The notes beneath the pieces are model-generated. The model searched no databases, was not told where the DNA came from, and worked only from the letters and a program-made list of their open reading frames with translations. Below are positions 18,300 to 28,613 of a DNA stretch of 62,064 nt, one piece after another; position 1 is the first letter of the stretch; each line of letters begins with the position of its first letter. The translations under genes were made by a program, and so were the position numbers. The DNA comes from a virus (lineage: Duplodnaviria; Caudoviricetes). The stretch is taken from IMG/VR virus record IMGVR_UViG_3300030060_002483, positions 1 to 62,064 of that record; one strand, given 5' to 3'.

Positions 18300-19736
18300 C
18301 CAATCTTTATATTTTTCCTCACCTAATATAGTACTAGCTATTGATTGCTTTTTACGTAAAGCTTTTACTATCTTTTCATCTACTGTACGTTCACAAACTA
18401 TATCAATATAAGTAACTTTATTAGTTTGCCCTATACGATGAGCACGGTCTTCTGACTGTAAACGTTTTTCAAGGTCGTAATTATTACTGTAATAAATCAC
18501 TGTTTTAGCTTGAGTTAAAGTTATACCGAATCCACCTGTTTGGGTGTTACCCACAAAAAACCGTAACGGATTATTAGGGTCTTGAAACTTTTTAATTACT
18601 TCTTCACGGTCAACGTTACTCACATCTCCGTAGTAAGTACCCACACTATTTTCACCATACTGTTCAGATAACATAGTTTTAATTTTTTCTATGTCATGAC
18701 GGTAATTAGCCCAAATTATGGCTTTACCGTCTATTTCCTCTAGTATAGAGGACAATTCTGAGAGTCTTTGTGAGGGTAATTCGGTAATATACCCGTCATC
18801 AGTCCTTATGAATCCGCATGATATTTGATGTAAACGGGTTATTTGAGTCATTATGTGATTTATAGTTACTGATTTAGTATTAGCTAGTTTAGTATAAGCA
18901 AAACGTTGTAATTCTTTATAAGCTTTCTTTTGTTCATTAGTCATTTGTATAGTTCTACGTTGATATACTTTTTCAGGTAGATCTAAACAATCTTTTTTCA
19001 ACACCCTATGGCTAAACTTACCTAAACTTTCATTTAATTCTTCAAGGTTTTTATAACCTACCACTAATTTAAAAGTTCTACCTTGACCTGTCTTTTCTAT
19101 TAAATCTGCATACCTAGCCCTAAAAGAATAAAAACTACTAAACCCTAATAATGCAGGATCTAAAAACAAACACTGACTATATAAATCTAGGGGACTTTTA
19201 GTTACTGGTGAGCCAGTTAGTATTCTACGGTAATGAGCGTACTTACCTAACTGCATGCATGTTTTAGTTCTTTTAGCTTCAGGGTTTTTAATTGTAGTAC
19301 TTTCATCTACTATAAACATAGTTTTATTACTCATAACAAAACGTGCTGCAAACTCTTTACCTTTTTTAGTGCTTAGTGCTTCAATGTTCATCACTAATAT
19401 CTTTAACCTAAAATCTAAAGTAAATAATTTATCAAACTCTTTTTTTAATTTTTGTGTGTGGTTACTTGACCATTGCACTAAGTCGTACGTTACGTGTTCT
19501 GGTGTATGTATAGGTACTTCATTTTTTACCCAAGTACCGTACACACCCTTAGGTGCTACTATTAATACATTATAAATTTCACCCTTAGCGTATTGATGTA
19601 CAAAAGTGTCTACTATAACTTTTGACTTACCACAGCCCATCTCCATAAATAAAGCGTACTCTTTTTTATCATAGGATTGCTCTAACGCTTCTAATTGATG
19701 AGCATAAGGCTCAGTCTTAAATATAAAATCTGTCAT
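18291..19736 (-). CDS. SNF2-family (superfamily 2) helicase
   Basis: MEMGCGKS, IVDEST, LTGSP, QSEDRAHRIGQ. Confidence 0.93.
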   Translation of the reverse strand: MTDFIFKTEPYAHQLEALEQSYDKKEYALFMEMGCGKSKVIVDTFVHQYAKGEIYNVLIVAPKGVYGTWVKNEVPIHTPEHVTYDLVQWSSNHTQKLKKEFDKLFTLDFRLKILVMNIEALSTKKGKEFAARFVMSNKTMFIVDESTTIKNPEAKRTKTCMQLGKYAHYRRILTGSPVTKSPLDLYSQCLFLDPALLGFSSFYSFRARYADLIEKTGQGRTFKLVVGYKNLEELNESLGKFSHRVLKKDCLDLPEKVYQRRTIQMTNEQKKAYKELQRFAYTKLANTKSVTINHIMTQITRLHQISCGFIRTDDGYITELPSQRLSELSSILEEIDGKAIIWANYRHDIEKIKTMLSEQYGENSVGTYYGDVSNVDREEVIKKFQDPNNPLRFFVGNTQTGGFGITLTQAKTVIYYSNNYDLEKRLQSEDRAHRIGQTNKVTYIDIVCERTVDEKIVKALRKKQSIASTILGEEKYKDWLT

Positions 19737-20039
19737 TTATCTCGTCTCTTTATAGTAGGTTAGTATAAGTCAAACTAAAAATAAATAGTTATTGGCACGT
19801 TTTATGCTAATAGGTAGCTAATAGCGTTACCAATAGGGTTGACAAACCTTATACCTATAACGTTTATAAGCTCTTCCTATTAAACCTATTAGTATTTTTA
19901 ACAAATAACTTTATTTTTTAAAAGAAATAACTTAACCTATTATATAGGTAATAGGCGTAGGACTCATAGTTTATACCTCCAAATATAAATATATAATATC
20001 TCAGACTACGCCTTTACCCTTAGAGATAAGAGAGAAGAT

Positions 20040-20348
20040 ATGGCAGTATATGTAGTACAAAAACCAGACGAAAGGCAAAACATACTTTCAGCTACCGATT
20101 ACGGTGAGTTAGTTTTTATATTAGAAGATAATAAATCTAATATGATGTTCAGCCCTAAGCCCACTACGTCTAAAATAATGAATAAACTTAAATACTTTAA
20201 TGATAAAGATTACTTATTATTAATAGGTGACCCTGCTGCGATAGGCATCTCAGTATATTACGCTTTACATTTTAATAGAGGTAAGGCTAACTTATTAAAG
20301 TGGGATAACCGTGAACACAGATACTACAATATAGAGGTAAGTATATGA
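20040..20348 (+). CDS. Hypothetical protein
   Basis: First ORF of the replication operon; DYLLLIGDP motif. Confidence 0.65.
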   Translation: MAVYVVQKPDERQNILSATDYGELVFILEDNKSNMMFSPKPTTSKIMNKLKYFNDKDYLLLIGDPAAIGISVYYALHFNRGKANLLKWDNREHRYYNIEVSI

Positions 20349-20848
20349 CAACTTTAAACGATTTAACTAAAAAAGCTGAAGAGTTATTAGAGCTTGAAAA
20401 ACTTATGGATAAAGTACAAGCTGAATTAAAAGAAGTAAAGAATAAATATCAAAGGGTGAGTGAGGAAGATATACCCAGTATGCTTAGTGAATTAGGGCTA
20501 AGTGAAATAACTATGAGTGACGGTAATAAAATAAGCACGTCACAATACTACTCAGCTAGGATAACACCAGACAAACAAGATGAAGCTTTCGCTTGGCTAA
20601 CTGATAATGGTCATGGCGATATAATTAAAAACACAGTTTCAGTAAGTTTCGGCAGGGAAGATAACGACTCTGCCTTAAAACTCGCTAGTGAACTACATTC
20701 TAAAGGATTAGACCCTGCTCAGAAAAAATGGGTAGAGCCTATGACTTTAAAGGCGTTTGTTAGAGAGCAGGTGGAAAATGGGAACGACCTACCCATTGAT
20801 ACCTTTAATGTTTATATAGGTCAAAAAACTAAGGTAATTAAAAAATGA
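20345..20848 (+). CDS. Conserved phage replication-module protein
   Basis: AFAWL...GHGDIIK and VEPMTLKAFVRE motifs; coupled. Confidence 0.7.
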   Translation: MTTLNDLTKKAEELLELEKLMDKVQAELKEVKNKYQRVSEEDIPSMLSELGLSEITMSDGNKISTSQYYSARITPDKQDEAFAWLTDNGHGDIIKNTVSVSFGREDNDSALKLASELHSKGLDPAQKKWVEPMTLKAFVREQVENGNDLPIDTFNVYIGQKTKVIKK

Positions 20849-21633
20849 ACCAAGAAAACTTAAATAATAAAAATGAAATAAGTGAAACTAAAACCACTGA
20901 CGTTGCCTTAACGTCTACGCAGTTTGCGGCAGATGCAGGTAGTGGCTTAGAAAACGTAACATCTGAAGATATGGCTATACCACGTCTTAAAATACTTCAA
21001 GCTTTAAGCCCAGAAGTAAATAAAGCCGATGGTAAGTATGTTGAGGGTGCTAACGCTGGTGATGTAATTAATACAGTAACCAGTACTTTATACACTGACG
21101 ATAACCCTTTAGTGGTGTTACCCGTAGCGTATAAAAGGTTATTTTTAGAGTGGACTCCTAGAGAGTCTGGCGGAGGGTTGGTAGCACAACACGACGATGT
21201 ATCTATATTAGATAAAACTACTAAGAATAATTTTGGTCAAGATGCTTTACCTAACGGTAATTACATTCAAACTTCTGCCTCACACTTTTTAATAGTGTTG
21301 AATGAAGACGGTAGTTTTGACCAAGCCATGTTGGCTATGGCTGGTACTCAGCTTAAAAAGTCAAGAACATGGAACTCTATGATGGCTAGTGCTAAAATGA
21401 CTGTTGACGGTAAAGTGTTTACCCCACCTAGTTATAGCACTAAGTACACGCTAAGAACTGTACAAGAATCTAACGACCGTGGATCATGGTTTGGTTGGGG
21501 TATAACTTCTAGTGGTGCACTATCACAAGAGGAAATGGTTTACTATGAAGCAGCGAAAGGTTTTGCTGCATCGGTTGGTGGTATGTCCTTTGGCGGATCT
21601 ACAGAATCTGAAACCTCAGATCAACCATTTTAA
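20845..21633 (+). CDS. Putative single-stranded DNA-binding protein
   Basis: IPRLKILQALSP motif, acidic C-terminal tail ending QPF; upstream of the primase. Confidence 0.65.
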   Translation: MNQENLNNKNEISETKTTDVALTSTQFAADAGSGLENVTSEDMAIPRLKILQALSPEVNKADGKYVEGANAGDVINTVTSTLYTDDNPLVVLPVAYKRLFLEWTPRESGGGLVAQHDDVSILDKTTKNNFGQDALPNGNYIQTSASHFLIVLNEDGSFDQAMLAMAGTQLKKSRTWNSMMASAKMTVDGKVFTPPSYSTKYTLRTVQESNDRGSWFGWGITSSGALSQEEMVYYEAAKGFAASVGGMSFGGSTESETSDQPF

Positions 21634-21643
21634 TATAGATTAC

Positions 21644-21670
21644 AAAGGGGAGTTTTTACTCCCCTTTTTT
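21644..21670 (+). terminator. Intrinsic terminator
   Basis: AAAGGGGAGT-tttt-ACTCCCCTTTTTT. Confidence 0.8.
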
Positions 21671-21681
21671 AAGGAGAAACG

Positions 21682-23190
21682 TTGGAGCTACCTACAGCAT
21701 TTAATGAGTTATTTATGGGATCGCAAAGAGCTCATGGTACATTTAGTGTAGAGGAAAATAATAACGGTCAAAAGAAACAAGGAGTAGCTAAAACAATCAA
21801 GACCGTAGGTGCTTCATTAAAAAATTGGCAGAATCATTTAGAGGGCATAATAGGACTAGGTATTATACCCATCAACGAAGAAAATAAAGTTAAGTGGGGT
21901 GTTATTGATATTGATACATACTCACTTGATATCCCTAAGTTAGTAAAAAAGATAGAAGATTTTAACCTACCCTTAATAGTTTGTAGGTCAAAAAGTGGCG
22001 GTGCCCATGTGTTTTGTTTCATGAAAGAGTTTGTACCTGCGGGTGAGATGCAAGATAAACTTAGAGAGTTATCAGCAGGGTTAGGTTACGGAGGAGTTGA
22101 AATATTCCCTAAACAAAGAGAGGTCTTAGTTGACAGAGGTGATATAGGTAGTTGGTTAAACATGCCGTACTTTCAAGGTGGTACATCTACTAGGTACGCC
22201 TTTGATCCTAGTAGTGGTATAGCTTTAACTCCTATTCAGTTTATAAATTTAAGTAATGAACGTAGTTTAACTTTAGATGAGTTACAAGAACTAACTGTAC
22301 CAGAAGTTGATGAGCTTGAGGGTGGACCACCGTGTTTAAAAACATTGTTAAAACAAGGTTTTCCTGAGGGTACACGTAATAACGGTTTATTTAACGTAGG
22401 TGTGTATCTTAAAAAAGCCGTACCTGATGAGTGGGAAAGTGAGATAGAAGATTATAACCGTAAGTTCGTAATACCGCCTTTACCTGCACAAGAAGTGTTG
22501 GGTTTAATAAGTACCTTAAAGAAAAAAGATTATAACTATAAATGTAGTGATGAGCCTATACGTTCATACTGTGACGTTACTAAATGCAGAATGTGTAAGT
22601 TTGGTGTGGGTGCTGGTAATACTACTCCTATGTTTTCTAGTTTAGCTAAACTTAACTCAGCTCCGCCTTTGTGGTTTTTATCTATAGATGATAAACGTTT
22701 AGAGTTAACCACAGAACAACTACAAAATCAAACTAAGTTTCAAAGAGCCTGTATGGAAGTTTTAAACTTGATGCCACCTAAAATGAAAGAGGTAGCATGG
22801 CAAGCACAAATACAATCATTAATGGACTCAGGTATGGAGATAATAGAAGTTAGCTCAGACATATCTACTGAGGGACAGTTTTTAGAATTACTAGAATCTT
22901 TTTGTACTGATGTAGCACAAGCTGGTACACGTGAAGAAATATTATTAGGTAAGCCTTTTACAGAAGAAGGTGTAACGTATTTTAGAATAAAAGACCTAAG
23001 AGAATATTTATTAAAGCACAGGTTTACTGAACTAGAAACTAATAAGATAGCCAGTAAACTAAGAGACTTAAAAGCTAAAACTAAATTCTGGAATATAAAA
23101 GGTAGAGGTACTAACGTTTGGTTTATAAAAGCGTTTGAGTACAGAGATGAAACGTTAGACGGTCATGACTTTGAAAAGGATTTATTATGA
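21682..23190 (+). CDS. Primase (AEP/prim-pol-like with PriCT-like region)
   Basis: IDID, RSKSGGAH, PPCL...EGTRNNGLF and a Cys cluster. Confidence 0.75.
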   Translation: MELPTAFNELFMGSQRAHGTFSVEENNNGQKKQGVAKTIKTVGASLKNWQNHLEGIIGLGIIPINEENKVKWGVIDIDTYSLDIPKLVKKIEDFNLPLIVCRSKSGGAHVFCFMKEFVPAGEMQDKLRELSAGLGYGGVEIFPKQREVLVDRGDIGSWLNMPYFQGGTSTRYAFDPSSGIALTPIQFINLSNERSLTLDELQELTVPEVDELEGGPPCLKTLLKQGFPEGTRNNGLFNVGVYLKKAVPDEWESEIEDYNRKFVIPPLPAQEVLGLISTLKKKDYNYKCSDEPIRSYCDVTKCRMCKFGVGAGNTTPMFSSLAKLNSAPPLWFLSIDDKRLELTTEQLQNQTKFQRACMEVLNLMPPKMKEVAWQAQIQSLMDSGMEIIEVSSDISTEGQFLELLESFCTDVAQAGTREEILLGKPFTEEGVTYFRIKDLREYLLKHRFTELETNKIASKLRDLKAKTKFWNIKGRGTNVWFIKAFEYRDETLDGHDFEKDLL

Positions 23191-24686
23191 AACCTAACAT
23201 TGTTCTTGGACCTCCAGGCACGGGTAAAACTACTTACCTATTAAATACCGTCGATAAGCTATTTACAGACGGTGTGAGTCCTTCTGAGTTAGGTTACTTA
23301 GCGTTTACTAAAAAAGCTGCAAACGAGGCTTTAGTAAGGGCTATGGATAAATTTGATTATGATAAAGATGAGCTACCGTATTTTAGAACTATACATTCCC
23401 TTTGTTATTATTGGCAGGGTTTAACAACAGCAGACATACTAGACCGTAAAGAACTACGGGTGTTTAGTGAACAAGTTGGTGAAAGAATCAGTAGTGCTTG
23501 GGACGGTGAAAATTATATGGCGTTAAGTAGCAAAGGTGATCAAATGTTATTTTTAGAAAACATGGCACGTAATATGTGCGTTGATTATAAAGAGTCTTGG
23601 TCACGTTCTGGTTATAATATAAGCTGGATACATTTTGACTGGTTCTGTAAAAGTTATTTAGATTATAAAGAAAAACATTTTTTAAAAGATTACACAGATA
23701 TGTTATCTGGTTTTTTAAATTTTAAAAATAAACCTAATCTTACTGCTATCATAGTTGATGAAGCTCAAGATTTATCACAACTACAATGGCAGTGTATTTA
23801 TAAATTAGCTCAAGATGTTGAACATGTTTATTTTGCTGGTGATGATGACCAAGCTATATACACTTGGGCAGGAGCTGATACAGATGAGTTTATAAATTTA
23901 AAAGGCAACACTATCTATTTAGAACAATCATACAGAGTGCCTAAAAAAGTACATGATGTAGCTTTTAAGATAGTAAACAGAATACAAAACAGAAAGCCTA
24001 AAACTTGGCTACCACGTGAGGAAGAAGGTGAGGTAAGTTACCACAAAAGTTTTGAGCATATAGATATGTCAGAAGGTGAGTGGTTAGTGTTAGCTAGGAA
24101 TAATTACTTATTAAACGACGTAGAGAATTATTTAAAAGCTGTTGGTTATTTTTATTATAAAAACAATAAAGCCTCAGTAAGCGAAACGTTAATACAAGCT
24201 ATTAAAGATTGGGAACGTTTACGTAAAGGGGAAAAAATAAAAGCAGATGAAGTTAGAAAAATATATAACTACATGAGGTCTGGCGTAGGTGTAAAGAAAG
24301 GTTTTAAAACTCTAAAACAAGCTGACCCTAAAGTAGAGCTAAGTATTAATGATTTAAAAAAAGATTATGGTTTAATGGTAGATAAAATATGGCATCAGTG
24401 TTTTGATTTACTAGGTGACGCACAAAAAGAGTACATTATATCTTGTTTACGTAAAGGTGAAAAAACTATGAAGATACGTATACGATTGAGTAGTATACAT
24501 GCTATAAAGGGTGGTGAGTGTGATAACGTAATTTTATTAACAGACTTAGCTAACCGTACTTATGAAGAACTGTATAAAAACCCAGACGATGAGTGCCGTG
24601 CTTTTTACGTAGGCGTAACTAGAACTAAGAAACATCTGCACATTATATCTAGTAAAACTAGAAGGGAGTTTAATCTATGGATTTAA
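23187..24686 (+). CDS. UvrD/Rep superfamily 1 helicase
   Basis: GPPGTGKT, IVDEAQD, GDDDQAIY, QSYRVP, IHAIKGGE, YVGVTR. Confidence 0.95.
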   Translation: MKPNIVLGPPGTGKTTYLLNTVDKLFTDGVSPSELGYLAFTKKAANEALVRAMDKFDYDKDELPYFRTIHSLCYYWQGLTTADILDRKELRVFSEQVGERISSAWDGENYMALSSKGDQMLFLENMARNMCVDYKESWSRSGYNISWIHFDWFCKSYLDYKEKHFLKDYTDMLSGFLNFKNKPNLTAIIVDEAQDLSQLQWQCIYKLAQDVEHVYFAGDDDQAIYTWAGADTDEFINLKGNTIYLEQSYRVPKKVHDVAFKIVNRIQNRKPKTWLPREEEGEVSYHKSFEHIDMSEGEWLVLARNNYLLNDVENYLKAVGYFYYKNNKASVSETLIQAIKDWERLRKGEKIKADEVRKIYNYMRSGVGVKKGFKTLKQADPKVELSINDLKKDYGLMVDKIWHQCFDLLGDAQKEYIISCLRKGEKTMKIRIRLSSIHAIKGGECDNVILLTDLANRTYEELYKNPDDECRAFYVGVTRTKKHLHIISSKTRREFNLWI

Positions 24687-24687
24687 C

Positions 24688-24716
24688 TTTACATTTAACT
24701 AGACGTTTACTAAAAT
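24688..24716 (+). promoter_or_regulatory. Sigma70-like promoter TTTACA-17-TAAAAT
   Basis: Canonical spacing; the same TTTACAT -35 recurs at 32688, 34082 and 35611. Confidence 0.65.
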
Positions 24717-24810
24717 TTTATATATGCGTTTACGTACCTAGTTTTAAAGTGACTTGGCTAAGTAACGTAGCTTGCAAGAAAAAGCGTGAACGCTACAGAG
24801 ACTATAGACT

Positions 24811-25299
24811 ATGAATATATTTTACGTACATGAAGACCCAGCATATGCTGCTAGTTACTTACCAGATAAGTTAGTGGTTAAGATGCCTTTAGAGTCAGCT
24901 CAAATGCTTAGTACCGCACACCGTATACACTCAGGTGATGAATATTGTGATGCCCGTGGTATTTATAAAACTGCCTATAAAAATCATCCTTGCACTATAT
25001 GGACTAGGGAAACTAGTGATAACTATACTTGGTTATATAATCATTTTATTTTCTTATGTTACGAGTATGAAAGTAGGTATAACCGTGAACACTTAACGTT
25101 TACTAAGTTAGCTAAAGAGTTAGGTAAGCTACCTAAAGGTATAAAGATAGCTGATATGACTGAGTTACCACAAGCTATGCCCGATCAATATAAAAATGAT
25201 GACCCAGTGCAAGCTTACCGTGATTACGTAGTAAATGAAAAAACTTACGCACAGTGGAACAAAATACCTGACAGACAACCAAGTTGGTGGACTATATGA
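24811..25299 (+). CDS. Pyrimidine-dimer DNA glycosylase-like protein (Pyr_excise/DenV-related)
   Basis: MNIFY...DKLVVKMPLESAQMLST, NHPCTIW, PQAMPD...AYRDY. Confidence 0.8.
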   Translation: MNIFYVHEDPAYAASYLPDKLVVKMPLESAQMLSTAHRIHSGDEYCDARGIYKTAYKNHPCTIWTRETSDNYTWLYNHFIFLCYEYESRYNREHLTFTKLAKELGKLPKGIKIADMTELPQAMPDQYKNDDPVQAYRDYVVNEKTYAQWNKIPDRQPSWWTI

Positions 25300-26129
25300 G
25301 TAATTACCCTAAAACTGATTTTAATAACTATATGATAGAGCGTCACAGCATATACGAACGTAGAGCTGAAGGTCAAGCTTATCCTTGGACTGATGACCTT
25401 ATATTAAAAGAATATAGTTTTTGTAACGTGTACCGTGAACTAGATAGAGTTACTATATGGATAAGGGAAAACTGGCGTGAGCCTTACGCTGACCACCCTA
25501 ACTTACCGTTCGCTATGGCTATGGCTAGGCAAATCAATTGGCCAGAGACATTAGAGGATATAGGTTTCCCTGAACATTGGAACCCTAGTAGAGTTAAAGC
25601 TATAATGCAAGGTAGAATGGATAGAAAAGAAAAAGTTTATACAGGTGCCTATATGTTAACGGGAACCTTAGGAGGGACTAAAGTAGAGCAAACAGTGGAT
25701 AAAATTCTCACCCCACTCTACGAGTCCCCTCCTAGAATTATACCTAACTCATTAGAAGAAACATGGAAACGTTATCTACCGTATCCTGGATTTAGTGGTT
25801 TTATGGCGTATGAAGTAGTTACTGATTTACGACACACTAAACACTTAGAAAACGCTGAAGATATAATGACGTGGGCTAATCCTGGTCCAGGAGCTAAACG
25901 TGGACTAAATAGGATACACCGTAGACCGTTAGAAAAAAGCATACCTAAATCACAATTAATCAGTGAGATGAGAGAGTTACTAGAGTTATGTAACATGGCT
26001 CCTTTACCGTTAGAGATGAGGGATATAGAACATTGTTTATGTGAGTTTGATAAGTATGAAAGAGTACGGTTAGGTCAAGGTAAACCACGTGCTAAATATA
26101 AACCTAAACTACAGGAGGAGTTATTGTGA
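25296..26129 (+). CDS. aGPT-Pplase-like (alpha-glutamyl/putrescinyl thymine pyrophosphorylase clade 1-like) DNA base-modification protein
   Basis: PWTDD.IL..YSFCNVYRELDRVT, GFMAYEVVTDL, GPGAKRGL, IEHCLCEFDKY. Confidence 0.8.
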   Translation: MSNYPKTDFNNYMIERHSIYERRAEGQAYPWTDDLILKEYSFCNVYRELDRVTIWIRENWREPYADHPNLPFAMAMARQINWPETLEDIGFPEHWNPSRVKAIMQGRMDRKEKVYTGAYMLTGTLGGTKVEQTVDKILTPLYESPPRIIPNSLEETWKRYLPYPGFSGFMAYEVVTDLRHTKHLENAEDIMTWANPGPGAKRGLNRIHRRPLEKSIPKSQLISEMRELLELCNMAPLPLEMRDIEHCLCEFDKYERVRLGQGKPRAKYKPKLQEELL

Positions 26130-26923
26130 AAATTTATATACCTACCAGAGGCAGGGCTGACAACCAAGTAACGTTGTCTTTTTTCCCTGAGAGTATGCGT
26201 GAAAACGTTGTATTAGTAATAGACGCTGATGAGGAGGAACAGTACGTAAATAGTGACGGTCATTATAAATATATCTGTGAGTATATGGTAGTACCTGAAG
26301 ACATAAAGGGTATATCTAAAAAGCGTCAATACATACACGAAAACACTACGGACAATAAAATAGTTATGTTAGATGATGACTTACGTTTTTATATACGTAA
26401 GTCTACTAATGATTGGCATTTACGTTACTTAGAGCCTGATGAGTACCCTGCTTTATTCGGTTTATTAGATACTTGGTTAGATACTTACGCTCACGTAGGA
26501 GTGAGTGCTAGGGAAGGTAATAACAGGGTAGAACACTTAGCCGTAGAAAACACAAGATACATGAGAGTATTAGGGTATAACCTAGATATGTTTGATGACG
26601 TTGAGTTAGGTAGGGTAGAAGTTATGGAAGACTTTGATATTAACCTACAATTATTACGTCAAGGTAAACCAAGTAAGATAAGCTACTATTACGCACAAGG
26701 TCAAAAAAGTTCTAATGCTGCTGGTGGTTGTAGTGAGTGGCGTACCATAGATGTGCATAATGAGGGTGCTGAGCGTTTACACAACCTACATCCTGAGTTT
26801 GTTAAAATAGTAGAAAAAGAAACTAAAACAGCTTGGAACGGTATGCCTCGTAAAGACGTACAAGTACAATGGAAAAGGGCATTTAATAGTAGCCCAGATT
26901 TTAAACAAGGAGGATTATTCTAA
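26126..26923 (+). CDS. GT-A glycosyltransferase, TET-associated (TAGT/JGT-like)
   Basis: KIYIPTRGR, MLDDD, EDFD..LQLL..G, GGCS. Confidence 0.75.
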   Translation: MKIYIPTRGRADNQVTLSFFPESMRENVVLVIDADEEEQYVNSDGHYKYICEYMVVPEDIKGISKKRQYIHENTTDNKIVMLDDDLRFYIRKSTNDWHLRYLEPDEYPALFGLLDTWLDTYAHVGVSAREGNNRVEHLAVENTRYMRVLGYNLDMFDDVELGRVEVMEDFDINLQLLRQGKPSKISYYYAQGQKSSNAAGGCSEWRTIDVHNEGAERLHNLHPEFVKIVEKETKTAWNGMPRKDVQVQWKRAFNSSPDFKQGGLF

Positions 26924-27924
26924 TGCAAGTAATAAATTGTCAAAACGTTAATGATGGGTTTATCAAAGCTCTTGACTTAATTAAAAATAACCATGTGGTT
27001 ATAGGTAGTAGGGTAGGGGAAACACTAGAGTGTCCTACTCCTGTAACCACTGTTTATAACAACCCTACAGAAAGAGTTTTATTTGAAGAGATACGAGACG
27101 CTAACCCTTTCTTTCATTTTATGGAAAGTTTATGGATGTTAGAGGGTCGTAATGATTTAGCATACGTAAAAAGATATAATAAGCGTATGGAAGAATACAG
27201 TGATGACGGTGAAACTTTATGGGGTGCTTACGGTTACAGGTGGATAAAACACTTTGGTAAAAATCAATTAGATTTAATAGTAAGTGAATTAAGATCTAAC
27301 CCTAATAGTCGTAGGTGTGTACTACAAATGTGGGACGCTAGTCAGGACTTAGGTAGGGACTGTAAGGACGTACCTTGTAATACCGCCATATACTTTAAGG
27401 TTAGGGACGGTAAGCTTAATATGACCGTTAGTAATAGGTCTAACGACGTTATATGGGGTACTTTTGGAGCTAACGTAGTACATATGTCCATATTACAGGA
27501 ATATGTAGCCAGTGCTATAGGTATTGAAGTAGGTAAGTATTATCAAATTAGTGATAGCTTTCATGTGTATACTAACATATTTAATGACATGTATCAAGAC
27601 CTACAACGTGAAGATGCGTTTGATTTTTACTCTATGAAACATTATAATAACCCATATAACAATCAAGCACTTAAACCATACAAGATGATCAACACTGATA
27701 TACCTACATGGACTGCAGATTTACATAAGTTTTTAAACAGAGTAGCTTTTGGTGATAAGTTTTTTGATGACCCTTTTTTCACTAAGGTCGCTTGTCCCCT
27801 ACAAGACGCTTGGTACTTATATAAACAAAAAGAGTATGACTTTAGTTTACATGAAGTACAGTGTTGTGAAGCAGGTGATTGGGCGTTAGCAGGTTTTGAT
27901 TGGATTAATAGAAGGTTAAAATGA
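26923..27924 (+). CDS. Thymidylate synthase-superfamily enzyme, probable dUMP hydroxymethylase
   Basis: GAYGYR, SRR, catalytic PCN, RSND.IWG...N (Asn at the dUMP specificity position), SFHVY; base-modification context. Confidence 0.8.
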   Translation: MQVINCQNVNDGFIKALDLIKNNHVVIGSRVGETLECPTPVTTVYNNPTERVLFEEIRDANPFFHFMESLWMLEGRNDLAYVKRYNKRMEEYSDDGETLWGAYGYRWIKHFGKNQLDLIVSELRSNPNSRRCVLQMWDASQDLGRDCKDVPCNTAIYFKVRDGKLNMTVSNRSNDVIWGTFGANVVHMSILQEYVASAIGIEVGKYYQISDSFHVYTNIFNDMYQDLQREDAFDFYSMKHYNNPYNNQALKPYKMINTDIPTWTADLHKFLNRVAFGDKFFDDPFFTKVACPLQDAWYLYKQKEYDFSLHEVQCCEAGDWALAGFDWINRRLK

Positions 27925-28613
27925 GTGGTAAAATACCTCAGTGGTCTTACAGTAGACTAACTACGTATGAGGGTTGCCCTAAAAAAGCCTACTACAGCTC
28001 AGTTAAAAAGATAAGAGAGCCAGGAAATAAATACATGGAACGTGGTAAAGAAGTTCATAAAAACTGTGAGAATTATATAAGAGGTCACATAGATGAACTA
28101 CCAACTACACAGCTTAAAGATTTTCAAATGGGTTTTGATGAGTTACGTAGAATGTATTTAGAAGGCTCAGTGATATGTGAAGGTGATTGGGCTTTTGATA
28201 AAGAGTGGTTAACTACAGGTTGGTTTGACCCAGACACATGGGGCAGAGCTAAAGTCGATGCTTTTGTACACGACGCTAGTCAGCCTACACAAGCTAGAGT
28301 TATAGATTTTAAAACAGGTAAGTATGAAGGTAACCAAGAAAGCCATAGAGAACAGTGTGAATTATACGGTGCGGTTGTGTTAGCTAGATATCCAGAAGTA
28401 GAAACTATAGTAACGGAGATGTGGTATTTAGATCATAATAAAATAGAACGTTACATGTATAACCGAGACAGTATAAAAGCACGTAAAGAAAAGATAAATG
28501 ACCGTGCTATTATTATGACCACTGCTGAAGAGTTTCCAGCTAACCCTAGTAGTTTTAAATGTAAGTGGTGTTATTACGGTAAAGAAAAAATATGTGCAGA
28601 CAGATATGATTAA
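27921..28613 (+). CDS. PD-(D/E)XK exonuclease (Cas4/RecB-like)
   Basis: WSYSRL...CP, G..VH, VIDFKTGK, CKWC...C. Confidence 0.85.
   Translation: MSGKIPQWSYSRLTTYEGCPKKAYYSSVKKIREPGNKYMERGKEVHKNCENYIRGHIDELPTTQLKDFQMGFDELRRMYLEGSVICEGDWAFDKEWLTTGWFDPDTWGRAKVDAFVHDASQPTQARVIDFKTGKYEGNQESHREQCELYGAVVLARYPEVETIVTEMWYLDHNKIERYMYNRDSIKARKEKINDRAIIMTTAEEFPANPSSFKCKWCYYGKEKICADRYD

Noticed and set aside
19255-19575. Plus-strand 106-aa hydrophobic ORF
   Set aside because: Antisense shadow within the SNF2 helicase.
27921-28613. Cas4-like gene as evidence of CRISPR-Cas
   Set aside because: Stand-alone PD-(D/E)XK exonucleases are routine in phage replication modules.
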